Notes: generated by a model not told the origin, from the letters alone. A stretch of 64,000 nucleotides of DNA from an uncultured Eubacteriales bacterium (GCA_934692675.1 CAKUUD010000002.1:173036-237035); one strand, 5' to 3'. Shown: positions 1 through 10,459, numbered from the stretch's first letter. Translations and numbers: made by a program.

Positions 1-17
1 ATTGTCGGAGTGAATTT

Positions 18-1613
18 ATGAGAACAAAGAATTCTTTGATGAATATATCTATAAGCATTATGTCATATGGCATAATTATGCTTGGTGGGTTTATTACTCG
101 AGGTAAAATTACTAAAATCTTAGGAATGGATTTTGTAGGACTTAACACTTATTTTGAAATGGTGGTGTCCATTCTTGCCATTGCGGAATTGGGTTTAGGC
201 GTCGGAATTGTTTATAAACTTTACAAGCCGATTGCTGAAAAGCAATGGGACAAGGTATCGGTGATTCTTTGTTTTTTGCGTCGTTGCTATGTTTTTATAG
301 CTGTTATTATTTCATCGCTGGCTTTGGTATCCTCTTATTCAGTTATTACTTCTGTCGGAGAAGATTTTTCAAAGATATGGCTTTTGAAAATTTATGTACT
401 TTATATTGTTGATTTACTTTCGTCGTACTTGTATTCTCATAAAAGATCCATGTTTATTGCTGACCAAAAAAGCTATGTTAACAATGCAATTCATATATTT
501 GCGCAGCTTGGAATGTTCGTATCTCAGATTTTAGTGCTGAATTTATTTCATTCTTTTGAACTTTACTTAATTTGCAGAATAATTTCCAGATTGGCAGAAA
601 ATATTTTTATTTCCTATAAGTTTAATAAAAAATACAATTTTATAAATTTAAAAACCAAAGAAAATATTTCAGGAGTGGAAAAAAAGGATCTTTTCAAAAA
701 CATAAAAGCTTTGCTTTTTCACAAAATTTCTGGGTTTGGCACTAATAGCATTTCGGTGTTTATAATAATGAAAGTCGAAAAGCTGCGTGGAGCCGGTATA
801 TTTAGTAACTATAATTTAATATCTACCGCTTTAACTACTGTTACAGGCGAAATTTTTAATGGCATACTGGCTAGTTTTGGTAGCCTTTTGGGTACTTCGG
901 ACAGAAATAAAGTATACAAAAGTTTTAAAATGCTATACTTTTTAAATTTCCTGATGTATTCGTTCATTACTCCTACTTTTATTTGTCTTATCACTCCTTT
1001 TGTTGTTTTGTGGACGGGTAGTAATTCTATTTTCCCGATAAGCACCGCAATTTCAATCGCTGCCTATCTGTACATATATGGAATGAGGCAATCAATAGGA
1101 ATGGTAAAAGTAAGTGCCGGGATATACGATCAGGATAAATACTTATCTTTGGTGGGACTTTTTATAACTTGTTTTTCTTCGTATATTTTAGCTCCTTATT
1201 TAGGCGTAGCAGGAGTTATGTTAGGAAATATTTTAGGTATGTTGCTAGTTCCTTATTGGGTGCAACCTTACCTTGTGTATAGTGAGATTTTTAGGAAAAA
1301 ATCAATACTGTATCATTTAAAATTCGTGTTATACACTGCTTTGACGGCCGCGTATTGTTTTATTTGCTATGAGGTTTGTAATTTTATAGGTAACTTTGAG
1401 ATTGTAAATCAAGTTTCTTCATTTATAAAAAATTTGCTGGGGTATATGCATGTCGGAACGAACGTGAATACATCGTTTATTGCCCAAATAGTTATAAATT
1501 TGGCGGTGTGCAGTTTGGTACCAAATATTTTGAATATAATTATTTTCTTTAAAACTTCCGAATTCAAGGATTTATATGCGGTTGCAAAAAGTTTTACAAG
1601 AAGAAAAAAATAA
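18..1613 (+). CDS. MOP-superfamily oligosaccharide/lipid-II flippase (Polysacc_synt; SpoVB/Wzx/MurJ-like), about 14 TM helices
   Basis: 531-aa ORF that is hydrophobic throughout; N-terminal pattern resembles SpoVB/Wzx-type polysaccharide biosynthesis proteins; lies immediately upstream of the SEDS + bPBP pair. Confidence 0.6.
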   Translation: MRTKNSLMNISISIMSYGIIMLGGFITRGKITKILGMDFVGLNTYFEMVVSILAIAELGLGVGIVYKLYKPIAEKQWDKVSVILCFLRRCYVFIAVIISSLALVSSYSVITSVGEDFSKIWLLKIYVLYIVDLLSSYLYSHKRSMFIADQKSYVNNAIHIFAQLGMFVSQILVLNLFHSFELYLICRIISRLAENIFISYKFNKKYNFINLKTKENISGVEKKDLFKNIKALLFHKISGFGTNSISVFIIMKVEKLRGAGIFSNYNLISTALTTVTGEIFNGILASFGSLLGTSDRNKVYKSFKMLYFLNFLMYSFITPTFICLITPFVVLWTGSNSIFPISTAISIAAYLYIYGMRQSIGMVKVSAGIYDQDKYLSLVGLFITCFSSYILAPYLGVAGVMLGNILGMLLVPYWVQPYLVYSEIFRKKSILYHLKFVLYTALTAAYCFICYEVCNFIGNFEIVNQVSSFIKNLLGYMHVGTNVNTSFIAQIVINLAVCSLVPNILNIIIFFKTSEFKDLYAVAKSFTRRKK

Positions 1614-1628
1614 AGGAGTGATAATCGT

Positions 1629-3278
1629 ATGGATGCGATGCTTCCACTGATTATTTACTTTGTTCAAATAACTCTTCCTTTTTTAGGTTTGTTAATAGTT
1701 TGTTGTTCTTTTAGATCTCTTTTTTCAAATCTTAGCTCGAAACACCCTTTAATTGCTCTTGTAAACAAATCAACGGGTGAAAAAATTCCGATAGTGTATT
1801 GGGAGAATTCTATAGGAAGGGACAGGCATTGTGATGTGGTGGTAAATAATCCTACTGTTTCGCGAGATCACGCTGTGCTTTACAGGCGAGATGAAGGCTG
1901 GATTATTTCGGATACAAACTCTAAGGGTGGAATTTATTTAAATGGAAAACTTTTAAAAAATGATGAAAAAGTTTACATAGATGATGTTATAAAAATAGGA
2001 GGAATAGAATACGAGTTAAGAAAAGCCGATGTTTTTAGTAAAAATCGCAGATTAAGTTCAAATAAAGAAAAATTTTCAGCAAATTTTTCTTTGGTAATTT
2101 TGATAACTATTTTTAATATTTTATCAAGTGGCATTCTTTGCTTTGCTGGTGGAACCTTTAATCCTTCTGCTTTATATATCTTGGCAGCACTGTCTTTGAT
2201 TTTGTGGGGAACATTTGCAGCTAATAGATATATTTTTAGAAGGAAAAATTTCGAACTGGAAGCTCTTGGAATATTTTTAAGTGGAGTAGGTATTCTAACC
2301 GCCGGGGGAGCGGGGAATACAGATGTACATATTCAGATCATATCTCTAGTGGCGGGGATTGTGTTTTTTGAATTTATTTTGATGTTTATCAAAGATCCTG
2401 ATTTAGCTATGAAATTTCGTCCATACATTGCAGTGGCGGCAATTTTACTTTTAGCTGTTAATTTGGTATTTGGTAAAGTGAAAAACGGTTCTCAAAACTG
2501 GATTATGTTGGGAGGACTCTCGTTTCAGCCTTCTGAACTTGTAAAAGTTGCCTTTGTATTTTTTGGCTCATCAACTTTGAAAGGCATACAGACTACTAAG
2601 AACTTAACGGGGTTTATTTTGTTTTCTGCTCTATGCATGGGTGCGTTATTTTTGATGGGAGATTTTGGAACTGCTTGCATATTTTTTGTGACTTTTATTC
2701 TTATTTCTTTTATGAGATCCGGAAGCATAAGGACAGTTATCTTAACATGTTCGGCCGCTGCGCTTGGTGTTGGATTTATTCTTAAATTTAAGCCTTATAT
2801 AGTTTCCAGATTTTCCGCTTGGAGACATGTTTGGGAGCACGTAAACGATACTGGATATCAACAGACAAGAGTTTTGACATATGCCGCAAGCGGAGGTATG
2901 CTGGGGCTTGGATTAGGAAAAGGATGCTTAAAAAATGTGTTTGCTTCTACCAGTGATTTGATGTTTGGAATGATTTGTGAAGAATGGGGCTTGATAATGG
3001 CTATACTGGTGCTGATGACCATAGCCTTCATAGGATTGTACGCGAGGAGCGCAAGTATAAGAAGTAGATCTGCATTTTATTCGATTGCTTCTTGTTGTGG
3101 AGCAGGAATGCTTGTTTTTCAAATGATGCTTAATGTTTTTGGAGTGGTGGATATTTTCCCTCTCACGGGCGTTACTCTTCCTTTTATAAGTTTAGGAGGC
3201 TCTAGTTTGATTTCCGTCTGGGGATTGCTCGCATTTATAAAAGCTTCTGATGAAAGAACATACGCTCTGAAAAGATAA
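1629..3278 (+). CDS. FtsW/RodA/SpoVE (SEDS) peptidoglycan polymerase with N-terminal TM helix + FHA domain
   Basis: Residues about 55-130 carry FHA signature (GRDRHCDVVV...SRDHAVL...GWIISDTNSKGGIYLNG); remainder is a polytopic FtsW/RodA domain (GGLSFQPSELVK, multiple TM segments). Confidence 0.8.
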   Translation: MDAMLPLIIYFVQITLPFLGLLIVCCSFRSLFSNLSSKHPLIALVNKSTGEKIPIVYWENSIGRDRHCDVVVNNPTVSRDHAVLYRRDEGWIISDTNSKGGIYLNGKLLKNDEKVYIDDVIKIGGIEYELRKADVFSKNRRLSSNKEKFSANFSLVILITIFNILSSGILCFAGGTFNPSALYILAALSLILWGTFAANRYIFRRKNFELEALGIFLSGVGILTAGGAGNTDVHIQIISLVAGIVFFEFILMFIKDPDLAMKFRPYIAVAAILLLAVNLVFGKVKNGSQNWIMLGGLSFQPSELVKVAFVFFGSSTLKGIQTTKNLTGFILFSALCMGALFLMGDFGTACIFFVTFILISFMRSGSIRTVILTCSAAALGVGFILKFKPYIVSRFSAWRHVWEHVNDTGYQQTRVLTYAASGGMLGLGLGKGCLKNVFASTSDLMFGMICEEWGLIMAILVLMTIAFIGLYARSASIRSRSAFYSIASCCGAGMLVFQMMLNVFGVVDIFPLTGVTLPFISLGGSSLISVWGLLAFIKASDERTYALKR

Positions 3279-3302
3279 AGTAATTAAAAGAGGCGATTAG
3301 AG

Positions 3303-4685
3303 TTGAGAAATACAAAAGTTAGATCTATACTGCTTTACATGCTCATATTTATATTTTTTGCAGGGATGTCTTTTTTTATATATGAATTTTCTACAGAAGC
3401 CGAGGAATGGGCCTTTTCTCCTATTAATAAGCATATTTCTGAAGGTGGAATGACGGGAGGAAAAATTGTAGATGTGAATGGTGTTATACTTGCTGAAACC
3501 GTAAATGGTAAAAGAATGTATAATGAAAACGAAGGAATTCGAAGAGCGATGCTCCATACTGTTGGTGATGGTTCAGTTTTGATACCTACTTCCGTGCAGA
3601 GTAGATACAGTGATGAATTATTTGGGTATAATTTTATAACCGGATTCGGTGCTCCGCATGTACTTAATAATAATAAAAATTTAAAGCTTACTTTGGATAG
3701 CAATATTTGTTCCAACGTGGCAAAAAGTTTCAAAAATCAAAAGGGAGCGGCGCTGGCCTACAATTATTTGACTGGAAAAGTAATATGCATGGTGAGTTTG
3801 CCTAATTACGACATAAATAACAGGCCGGATTTGAGTTTGGATAATGATGAAAAATACGAAGGAGTTTACATTAATCGTGCGATTTCTTCCATCTACACTC
3901 CTGGTTCTGTTTTTAAAATTTTTACAACTGCGGCTGCAATAGATTTGATAGATAATGTGGAAAAAAGAACTTTCGAGTGCAAAAAAGTAAAAATTATAGA
4001 CGGAGAAAAAATAACTTGTATGTCAAGTCACGGAAAAATAAATCTTAGAGATGCGCTCGCGAAGTCATGCGATATTGTTTTTGGAGATTTGGCAATAGAA
4101 CTTGGAAAAAATAATATGAAAGAAAAAATGAAGGAATTCGGCTTTAATAAGCCACAATATTTCGAATCGGTAAAAGTTGCACAAAGTAAATATGAGATAG
4201 ATGACGCAACTAGAGGAGATTTGGGATGGTCAGGGATAGGACAGTATAGGGATCAGGTTAGTCCATTGCACATGCTTAGGGTGATGGGAGCGATTGCCAA
4301 TAAAGGTATGTCTGTTGAGCCATTTGTTGTGGATTCTACATTTTTTGATGGTTCCAATGAGGAGTCATATAATTTTTCTAAAGGGCAATCAACTTCGTTA
4401 ATGAAAAGTGAAACAGCCGAAAAACTTAAAGAAATGATGCGTTATACTATGAAAAATCAGTATAAGGATTCTATGTTTGGTGGAATTGAAATGTGTGCCA
4501 AAACAGGTACGGCTGAAGTTGGCGAAGGGAAAAAACCTCATGGATGGATGGTTGGTTTTTCATATGACAAAACATTTCCCGTGGCATTTTCCGTAATAGT
4601 TGAAAACGGAGATTTTGGGATACGTTCTGCCGGGCCGATTGCTTCAAATATGATTAAAGACATAAAGAAAAATTATAGAATGTAA
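3303..4685 (+). CDS. Class B penicillin-binding protein (PbpA-like transpeptidase)
   Basis: N-terminal TM anchor, SVFK (SxxK) and KTGTA (KTG) transpeptidase motifs; 460 aa, PbpA-size; adjacent to SEDS gene. Confidence 0.8.
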   Translation: MRNTKVRSILLYMLIFIFFAGMSFFIYEFSTEAEEWAFSPINKHISEGGMTGGKIVDVNGVILAETVNGKRMYNENEGIRRAMLHTVGDGSVLIPTSVQSRYSDELFGYNFITGFGAPHVLNNNKNLKLTLDSNICSNVAKSFKNQKGAALAYNYLTGKVICMVSLPNYDINNRPDLSLDNDEKYEGVYINRAISSIYTPGSVFKIFTTAAAIDLIDNVEKRTFECKKVKIIDGEKITCMSSHGKINLRDALAKSCDIVFGDLAIELGKNNMKEKMKEFGFNKPQYFESVKVAQSKYEIDDATRGDLGWSGIGQYRDQVSPLHMLRVMGAIANKGMSVEPFVVDSTFFDGSNEESYNFSKGQSTSLMKSETAEKLKEMMRYTMKNQYKDSMFGGIEMCAKTGTAEVGEGKKPHGWMVGFSYDKTFPVAFSVIVENGDFGIRSAGPIASNMIKDIKKNYRM

Positions 4686-4720
4686 AATTTATTTTTTAAA
4701 AATATTGTTTTTAAATATTC

Positions 4721-4748
4721 TTGACTTTTTAAAAGCTTTGATATAACA
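4721..4748 (+). promoter_or_regulatory. Sigma-A-like promoter TTGACT-16-TATAAC upstream of ABC transporter operon
   Basis: Sequence match to -35/-10 consensus about 45 nt upstream of the ATG at 4796, which is preceded by AAGGAGG. Confidence 0.45.
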
Positions 4749-4795
4749 TGGCTATGTATGGTAGATAAAATAAAGTACAAATAAGGAGGAATATT

Positions 4796-5779
4796 ATGGA
4801 GCAAAATATTGTTAATGTGGACAATGACGCAGAAATTCAAAAAAATGATGAAGTTTCTGAAATGTCGGAAGAATATGTACTTGAAACTAAAAATTTAACC
4901 AAAACATATTCTCGCAAAAATGTGGTTAATAACCTAAATATGAGAATAAGAAAAGGTGATATATACGGTTTCATAGGAAAAAATGGTGCCGGAAAAACCA
5001 CTACTATAAAGATGATATCAGGTATGATTTCGCCTTCTTCAGGCAGCATCAAACTCTTTGGCAAAGAAAATTTATCTGAACCCAGGAAAAAAATAGGCTG
5101 TATAATTGAGAATCCCGCGTTTTATCCTTATATGAGTGCTCATGATAATATTGAGGCTCAGCGCATTTTAAAAGGAGTTAAAGATAAGTCCGTAACTAAC
5201 GAACTTTTGGAAATTGTAGGTCTTGGAAATGCTGGCAAAAAGAAGTTGAAAAATTTCTCACTTGGAATGAAACAAAGGCTTGCTATAGCTTTGGCATTGG
5301 TTGGCGACCCTGAAATATTGTTATTGGATGAACCTATAAATGGTTTGGATCCTTCCGGAATCAAAGAAATCAGAGAATTGGTTTTGAAATTGAGCAGAGA
5401 AGCCGGAATTACTGTTTTGATTTCCAGTCACATACTTAGCGAACTCACTAAAATATCTTCAGCTTACGGAGTTATTAAAGACGGAAATTTGATTGCGCAA
5501 TTTACCAAAGAAGAATTGGCTCAAAGAGTAAGACCAAGCCTTAAAGTTAAAGTTAATGACCTAGAAAAATCTATAAAAGTTTTAAAAGAAAAATTCTCGG
5601 AAATAGAGCTAGATGTCATTGATGATGAAATTTTGATTTATAATATGACTGAGGATTTTAGAGCTATTACAAATGTTTTGGAAGAATTCGAAATAATTAT
5701 ACAATCTTTGTCCAAGAGCGAAGGAGATTATGAAAATTATTTCATAAATCTTATGGAAGGAGAAATTAAAGATGAGTAA
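4796..5779 (+). CDS. ABC transporter ATP-binding protein (ABC-2/bacitracin-lantibiotic export type) with acidic N-terminal extension
   Basis: Walker A GKNGAGKTT, signature LSLGMKQRL, Walker B ILLLDEP, H-loop SSHIL. Confidence 0.85.
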   Translation: MEQNIVNVDNDAEIQKNDEVSEMSEEYVLETKNLTKTYSRKNVVNNLNMRIRKGDIYGFIGKNGAGKTTTIKMISGMISPSSGSIKLFGKENLSEPRKKIGCIIENPAFYPYMSAHDNIEAQRILKGVKDKSVTNELLEIVGLGNAGKKKLKNFSLGMKQRLAIALALVGDPEILLLDEPINGLDPSGIKEIRELVLKLSREAGITVLISSHILSELTKISSAYGVIKDGNLIAQFTKEELAQRVRPSLKVKVNDLEKSIKVLKEKFSEIELDVIDDEILIYNMTEDFRAITNVLEEFEIIIQSLSKSEGDYENYFINLMEGEIKDE

Positions 5780-6548
5780 TTTACTTAAGTATGATTTTTA
5801 TAAGTTAATTCGTAGCAAATCTTTTTACATTTGTACAATATTATCACTTTTTATTTCTGTTCTAACTGTTTATTTATCTGGGTATTTCTATAATGGAACA
5901 GGGTATAATTTGTTTAAGCCATATGACAGTCTCATGGGCATTTCTGATGGTTTAGTATCTTCTGTTTTACTAATTATTATAGCTATTGTTATTTTTATTC
6001 CTTCGGACTTCAGTTTTGGAACTATAAAAAATATGATTTCTTCAGGGGCAAGTAGAGTAAATATTTATCTTTCAAAATTGATAGTTTCTTGTGCAATGGT
6101 TTTTTCTTATTTGCTTGTGAATATGATATTTTGCGGTATAGCCGGAGCAATCATGGGCGAAGTTGGGGAATACACTCGTGATACATACCTGACACTGTTA
6201 AAAACATTTGGGTACACATTTTTAGTTGTAATGGCACTGGTTTCTATATGCGTTATGATTAGCTTTTTGATTAAAAAGAAAAGTATTGTTATTACTGTAG
6301 CGATTTTGGTAAACACAGTAGCAGTGAGCTTTATAGCGCCTCTCATAGATTTTTGCGTTAAACTCATTCCTTCAGTAGAAGAATTTTCATCAATGAAATA
6401 TTTCCCGGGTTCGTACCTTGGCGTGGGGATGAGTATAGATTCAATGCCTCAAAAAGATTTAATAACCTCGCTTATAGTGTGTGGAGTTTATATCGTTGCT
6501 TGCACGGTTGTAGGAATACTCGTTTTCAGAAAAGTAGATATAGAATAA
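5772..6548 (+). CDS. ABC-2 family transporter permease (6 TM)
   Basis: 258-aa hydrophobic ORF translationally coupled (overlap) with the ATPase gene. Confidence 0.6.
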   Translation: MSNLLKYDFYKLIRSKSFYICTILSLFISVLTVYLSGYFYNGTGYNLFKPYDSLMGISDGLVSSVLLIIIAIVIFIPSDFSFGTIKNMISSGASRVNIYLSKLIVSCAMVFSYLLVNMIFCGIAGAIMGEVGEYTRDTYLTLLKTFGYTFLVVMALVSICVMISFLIKKKSIVITVAILVNTVAVSFIAPLIDFCVKLIPSVEEFSSMKYFPGSYLGVGMSIDSMPQKDLITSLIVCGVYIVACTVVGILVFRKVDIE

Positions 6549-6572
6549 GTTTAATAGTTGTTTCTGATTACA

Positions 6573-6610
6573 AAAGGCCTAACCTTGAATATTTGGTTAG
6601 GCCTTTTTGC
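6573..6610. terminator. Bidirectional intrinsic terminator between convergent ABC permease and lgt
   Basis: AGGCCTAACC...GGTTAGGCCT perfect stem flanked by A-run/T-run. Confidence 0.7.
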
Positions 6611-6659
6611 TGGGTATAATATAAAAAGTTTTTTGAACAAAAATTTTAGCACTGCATTT

Positions 6660-7472
6660 TTATAGAGCAGTGCTTTTTAGTTTTTTTATTAAGATGTACG
6701 ATAAAGAGGATGCTGATAGTAATAAACTCAAAACAAAAGATACTTTTAAAGAAGTGCCCGGTATCAATAAACTATCGGTTCTAAAAAATTCTATTATTGC
6801 TCTTAATAGGCTGTAAAGAAGTAGGTAAAGAGCAAATATATTTCCTTTGGATAAATCTTTTTTCTTGCTGATAAAATGCAATATCAAAAAACAAACCAAA
6901 CATCCCAAGGATTCATATAAAAAGCACGGATGAACTGTTTTGAATCCTGTGTTTTCGCTGCACATTCCCCATGGGAGTGATGTTTCTGACCCAAACGCTT
7001 CTTGATTTACAAAATTTCCCCATCTTCCTATACATTGACCTATTATAACCCCGAGTGACATTAAATCCAGCACAGAAAGAATATTTTTCTTTTTAATCTT
7101 TGAGATAATTACCAAACTTAAAATTCCGCCGATTATCGCGCCATAAATCGCTATTCCCCCATGAGAGATTTTGAATATCTCGGAAGGATTTTTAAGATAA
7201 AAATCTCCCGGATAAAAAATTATATAATAAATTCTTGCACATATTATGGCAATAAAAGAGGGAATAATGGTGAAATTAGATATATCATTTGAATTAAACC
7301 CAAAATCTTTTTTTCGAGATTCTATGTAGCTATATGCTAGTAAAAAGCCAATTGAAATTATAATTCCATACCAGTATATTTTAATTCCGGGGCACTGAAA
7401 CGCAATGGGATTAATTTTTAAATCAATCCCTAACCCCGGAAAAGAAACATTATAAGTAACGTTATTCATCAT
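6660..7472 (-). CDS. lgt: Prolipoprotein diacylglyceryl transferase
   Basis: 270 aa polytopic; Lgt-like motifs (GIAIYGAIIGG, GQCIGRWGNFVNQEAFG). Confidence 0.85.
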   Translation of the reverse strand: MMNNVTYNVSFPGLGIDLKINPIAFQCPGIKIYWYGIIISIGFLLAYSYIESRKKDFGFNSNDISNFTIIPSFIAIICARIYYIIFYPGDFYLKNPSEIFKISHGGIAIYGAIIGGILSLVIISKIKKKNILSVLDLMSLGVIIGQCIGRWGNFVNQEAFGSETSLPWGMCSENTGFKTVHPCFLYESLGCLVCFLILHFISKKKDLSKGNIFALYLLLYSLLRAIIEFFRTDSLLIPGTSLKVSFVLSLLLSASSLSYILIKKLKSTAL

Positions 7473-8764
7473 TTTGGTGAAACTACAGATAAAGTAGAAT
7501 GATTTGGATTCAATTTATTTTCCAAATCTTTATTCACTTCGTCAATGCTGATATTTTGCAAAGTTTCCAAGTAATCAAAAAGCTCTTTCCCCGCTATCGC
7601 AAAGTTAAACTGAGCTCTGGCTATTGATGATACACTGTTGAATATTTCAAGGCTTTGACCGTAAATTGCATTTTTTACTCTGTTGAAAGTTTTTTCGTCG
7701 AGACCTGTTTTATGAATTTTTTCTATATGTTTTTTTATGACTTCCGATGCTTTCTCAGGATTGCTGGATTCTCCCGAAAAGATTACGGAGGCATAGCCTG
7801 GGCCTTCCAGGTACTCATCCGAAAAAGAGGCCATGCTTATTAAATCTTTTTTAACAAGTTCTTCGTACATCTCTGAAGACGAAGAAGAAAGGCAACTTAA
7901 AATTAAATCATTGCACACCGATTTAGCTATCGATATTCTTTTTCCTGGGTCAACGCTTTCCTTAAATCCAAGGCTAAACATAGAATTTTCTATATCGAAT
8001 TTTTGTACAATTTTGGGCGCTCTTACTTCATTAGGTTCTTCTGGGAAAAATCTTTCTACTTCTATTTTTGGTAAATATTTAACTTTTTTGTCTACAAGCT
8101 CCAATATATCATCGCAATTTACATCTCCAACAACGCATAAGCACATGTTATTTAGATTGTAAAAAGTGTTGTAGCAATTATATAAAATTTCGGGAGTTAT
8201 TTTTGCTATAGTTTCCACTGTGCCTGCAGTATCGATTCTAACGGGATTGTTTTGGTAAAGATTTTGAAGCAAATTTATGAAAACTTTCCAGTCAGGACTA
8301 TCTTCATACATTTTTATTTCCTGAGCTATTATTCCGCGCTCTTTATCTACATTTTCTTGTGTGAAATAGGGAGTTTGAACAAAATCCAAGAGTATTTCGA
8401 GAGGCTTTTCAATATTTCCGGCACAGGAAAATAGATAGGCAGTTTTGTCAAAAGTCGTGAACGCATTGGCAGAAGCACCTGTTTTTGAAAAAAGCTCAAA
8501 CGCGTCTCCTTCTTCTCCGGCAAAAAGTTTATGCTCAAGGTAATGCGCTATTCCATCTGGTACCTCGGTGTAAGAAGAGTGCCCTTTTATTCTAAATTTG
8601 TTGTTTATTGAACCAAAATTTGTTCCGAAAATTGCATAATTTGAGCAGTAACCTTTTTTGGGATAAACATATACATCTAGCCCTGAAGGGTGCTTGAGGT
8701 AAAAATATTCTTCTTTTAGTAAATTGTTCGTTATTCTTTTAGGATTCATGTTTTTCACCTTCAT
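7469..8764 (-). CDS. M16 family zinc peptidase, catalytically competent subunit (HxxEH present)
   Basis: HYLEHKLF...E inverzincin motif; 431 aa; overlaps upstream partner gene. Confidence 0.8.
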   Translation of the reverse strand: MKVKNMNPKRITNNLLKEEYFYLKHPSGLDVYVYPKKGYCSNYAIFGTNFGSINNKFRIKGHSSYTEVPDGIAHYLEHKLFAGEEGDAFELFSKTGASANAFTTFDKTAYLFSCAGNIEKPLEILLDFVQTPYFTQENVDKERGIIAQEIKMYEDSPDWKVFINLLQNLYQNNPVRIDTAGTVETIAKITPEILYNCYNTFYNLNNMCLCVVGDVNCDDILELVDKKVKYLPKIEVERFFPEEPNEVRAPKIVQKFDIENSMFSLGFKESVDPGKRISIAKSVCNDLILSCLSSSSSEMYEELVKKDLISMASFSDEYLEGPGYASVIFSGESSNPEKASEVIKKHIEKIHKTGLDEKTFNRVKNAIYGQSLEIFNSVSSIARAQFNFAIAGKELFDYLETLQNISIDEVNKDLENKLNPNHSTLSVVSPK

Positions 8765-10028
8765 TTCCCGATAAAATATATATAGTGTCTAAAGTTATGT
8801 TTGATGATAATTCTATCACTTTTTCGCGCGTAACTTCAGAAATTTCCTCTATCAGATCTTCAAAATTCTTCTTTTTTTCATCAAATGCCTGAGAGAGATA
8901 ATATTGACCCAAAGCGCTAAGTTTGTCGTTGGAACGCCTTAAAGTTTGAGTTAGAAATAATTTGGTTTCTTCAAGTTCTGTGTCAGAAAAATTCCCTAAG
9001 GTTATGTCTTTGAGCTGTTCAAGTATTTCGTTTTTTGCTTTTTCGATATTGTGATTTTCTACTCCGCTTTCTACCAACATAATTCCTTTATGAGAATTGT
9101 ACCTCGAAGAACAATAATAACAAAGGCTGAGCTTTTCGCGGACGTTCATGAAAAGCTTCGACTGAGGCGTTCCGCCAAATAAAGCATTTAAAACTTTAAA
9201 AGCCGAAATATCCTTGCTGGGATTTGCAATTTTCGTTCTGAATCCCATAACGAGTTTCCCTTGAACTAGGTTTTGATTTTCCTTTACAGTTGAGACTTCA
9301 CTGGCAGTTTCTATTATTTTTGTGGGAGGCCCAGGAATATAATTTCTTTTAATTGTTTCGAATTTCTCTTTTACTTTCTTGACTAAAGGTTCGTATGCTC
9401 CGGCGCCGGTCATTATTATTTCGATGTGTGATTCTGAAAGCAAATTTTTCCACGCAGAGTACACGGCATCTGCAGTGAGCTTTTGAGCGCTTTCTATCGT
9501 GCCGAGCTCATTGAGACCGTATAATTCATTCTTACACATTATTTCTTCGCAGCGCTGACGTGCATAAAATCTTTTGTCGCTTTTTTCTGATTTTATTTCT
9601 TCTATTAATTGATATTTTTCTCTTTCCAAATCTTTTTCATCAAACGATTTTTCGTTTAAATTAGGTTCAAATATCATCATACATAATAAATCAAAAAGGT
9701 TTCGAATATTATTTGAAGCATTGGGGACAAAATTATCGTCGGGTCCTATTGCTGACAGCGTCATCACTTGATAATCTCCAAGTTTCGAAATACTTGAAGA
9801 AATTTTGGAACCATATAATTCTTCCAGCCTTTGATTAATCATGCGCAGCGAGGGATACGATTTACATCCATGAGAAAGCAAATCCGGAAGCACTGCATTT
9901 GCGGAGATGTTTTCTTTTTTTAATGGAGAAAAAAATGATATTGAAATCCTTGTATCTTTAAATTTAGTTTCGGGAATATGAGTAAAATAAATACCTTCTT
10001 GGATTTTAAATGTTTGTATATTTTTCAT
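8739..10028 (-). CDS. M16 family peptidase-like protein, non-catalytic partner subunit (no HxxEH)
   Basis: 429 aa, M16 size and paired arrangement, but zinc-binding HxxEH motif not found. Confidence 0.7.
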   Translation of the reverse strand: MKNIQTFKIQEGIYFTHIPETKFKDTRISISFFSPLKKENISANAVLPDLLSHGCKSYPSLRMINQRLEELYGSKISSSISKLGDYQVMTLSAIGPDDNFVPNASNNIRNLFDLLCMMIFEPNLNEKSFDEKDLEREKYQLIEEIKSEKSDKRFYARQRCEEIMCKNELYGLNELGTIESAQKLTADAVYSAWKNLLSESHIEIIMTGAGAYEPLVKKVKEKFETIKRNYIPGPPTKIIETASEVSTVKENQNLVQGKLVMGFRTKIANPSKDISAFKVLNALFGGTPQSKLFMNVREKLSLCYYCSSRYNSHKGIMLVESGVENHNIEKAKNEILEQLKDITLGNFSDTELEETKLFLTQTLRRSNDKLSALGQYYLSQAFDEKKKNFEDLIEEISEVTREKVIELSSNITLDTIYILSGNEGEKHES

Positions 10029-10057
10029 ATTTTATTTACCTCCGGTTCGTATTTATA

Positions 10058-10459
10058 TTATTTTTCAGGCGGCCTTTTTTGAACTTTCTTTTTTCGTTTT
10101 TTCTTTTTGAAAATCGTTGAAATAAGTCCTATTACAGAAATACATATTAACAATATGCCTCCATAAAGAAGTAAAGAGCCGTCATAAATGAAATCGTGAG
10201 CGTATTTTGATGACTTAATAAAATTGAAATTATCTCCTTTTGAGTTGGATGACGACAAGAACTTAGTGCTAAAATCTGCAGCGTAGGAATTTATCTTATT
10301 AAAGGACAGTATAATCGCCGTGCTTACCGCAGTATTAAATATTTTTTTAAGTGCTTTATTCAATGTTATAACCTCCGAAATTTTGCATATAAATTTGTAT
10401 GTTATACTATAATTTTGATTACTATATAAGAGTTTATACAATAATTGAAAAATTTTCAA
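10058..10459 (-). CDS. Hypothetical small membrane protein with C-terminal TM and poly-Lys/Arg tail
   Basis: ORF only; hydrophobic segment followed by KKKKRKKKVQKRPPEK; start uncertain. Confidence 0.3.
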   Translation of the reverse strand: MKIFQLLYKLLYSNQNYSITYKFICKISEVITLNKALKKIFNTAVSTAIILSFNKINSYAADFSTKFLSSSNSKGDNFNFIKSSKYAHDFIYDGSLLLYGGILLICISVIGLISTIFKKKKRKKKVQKRPPEK

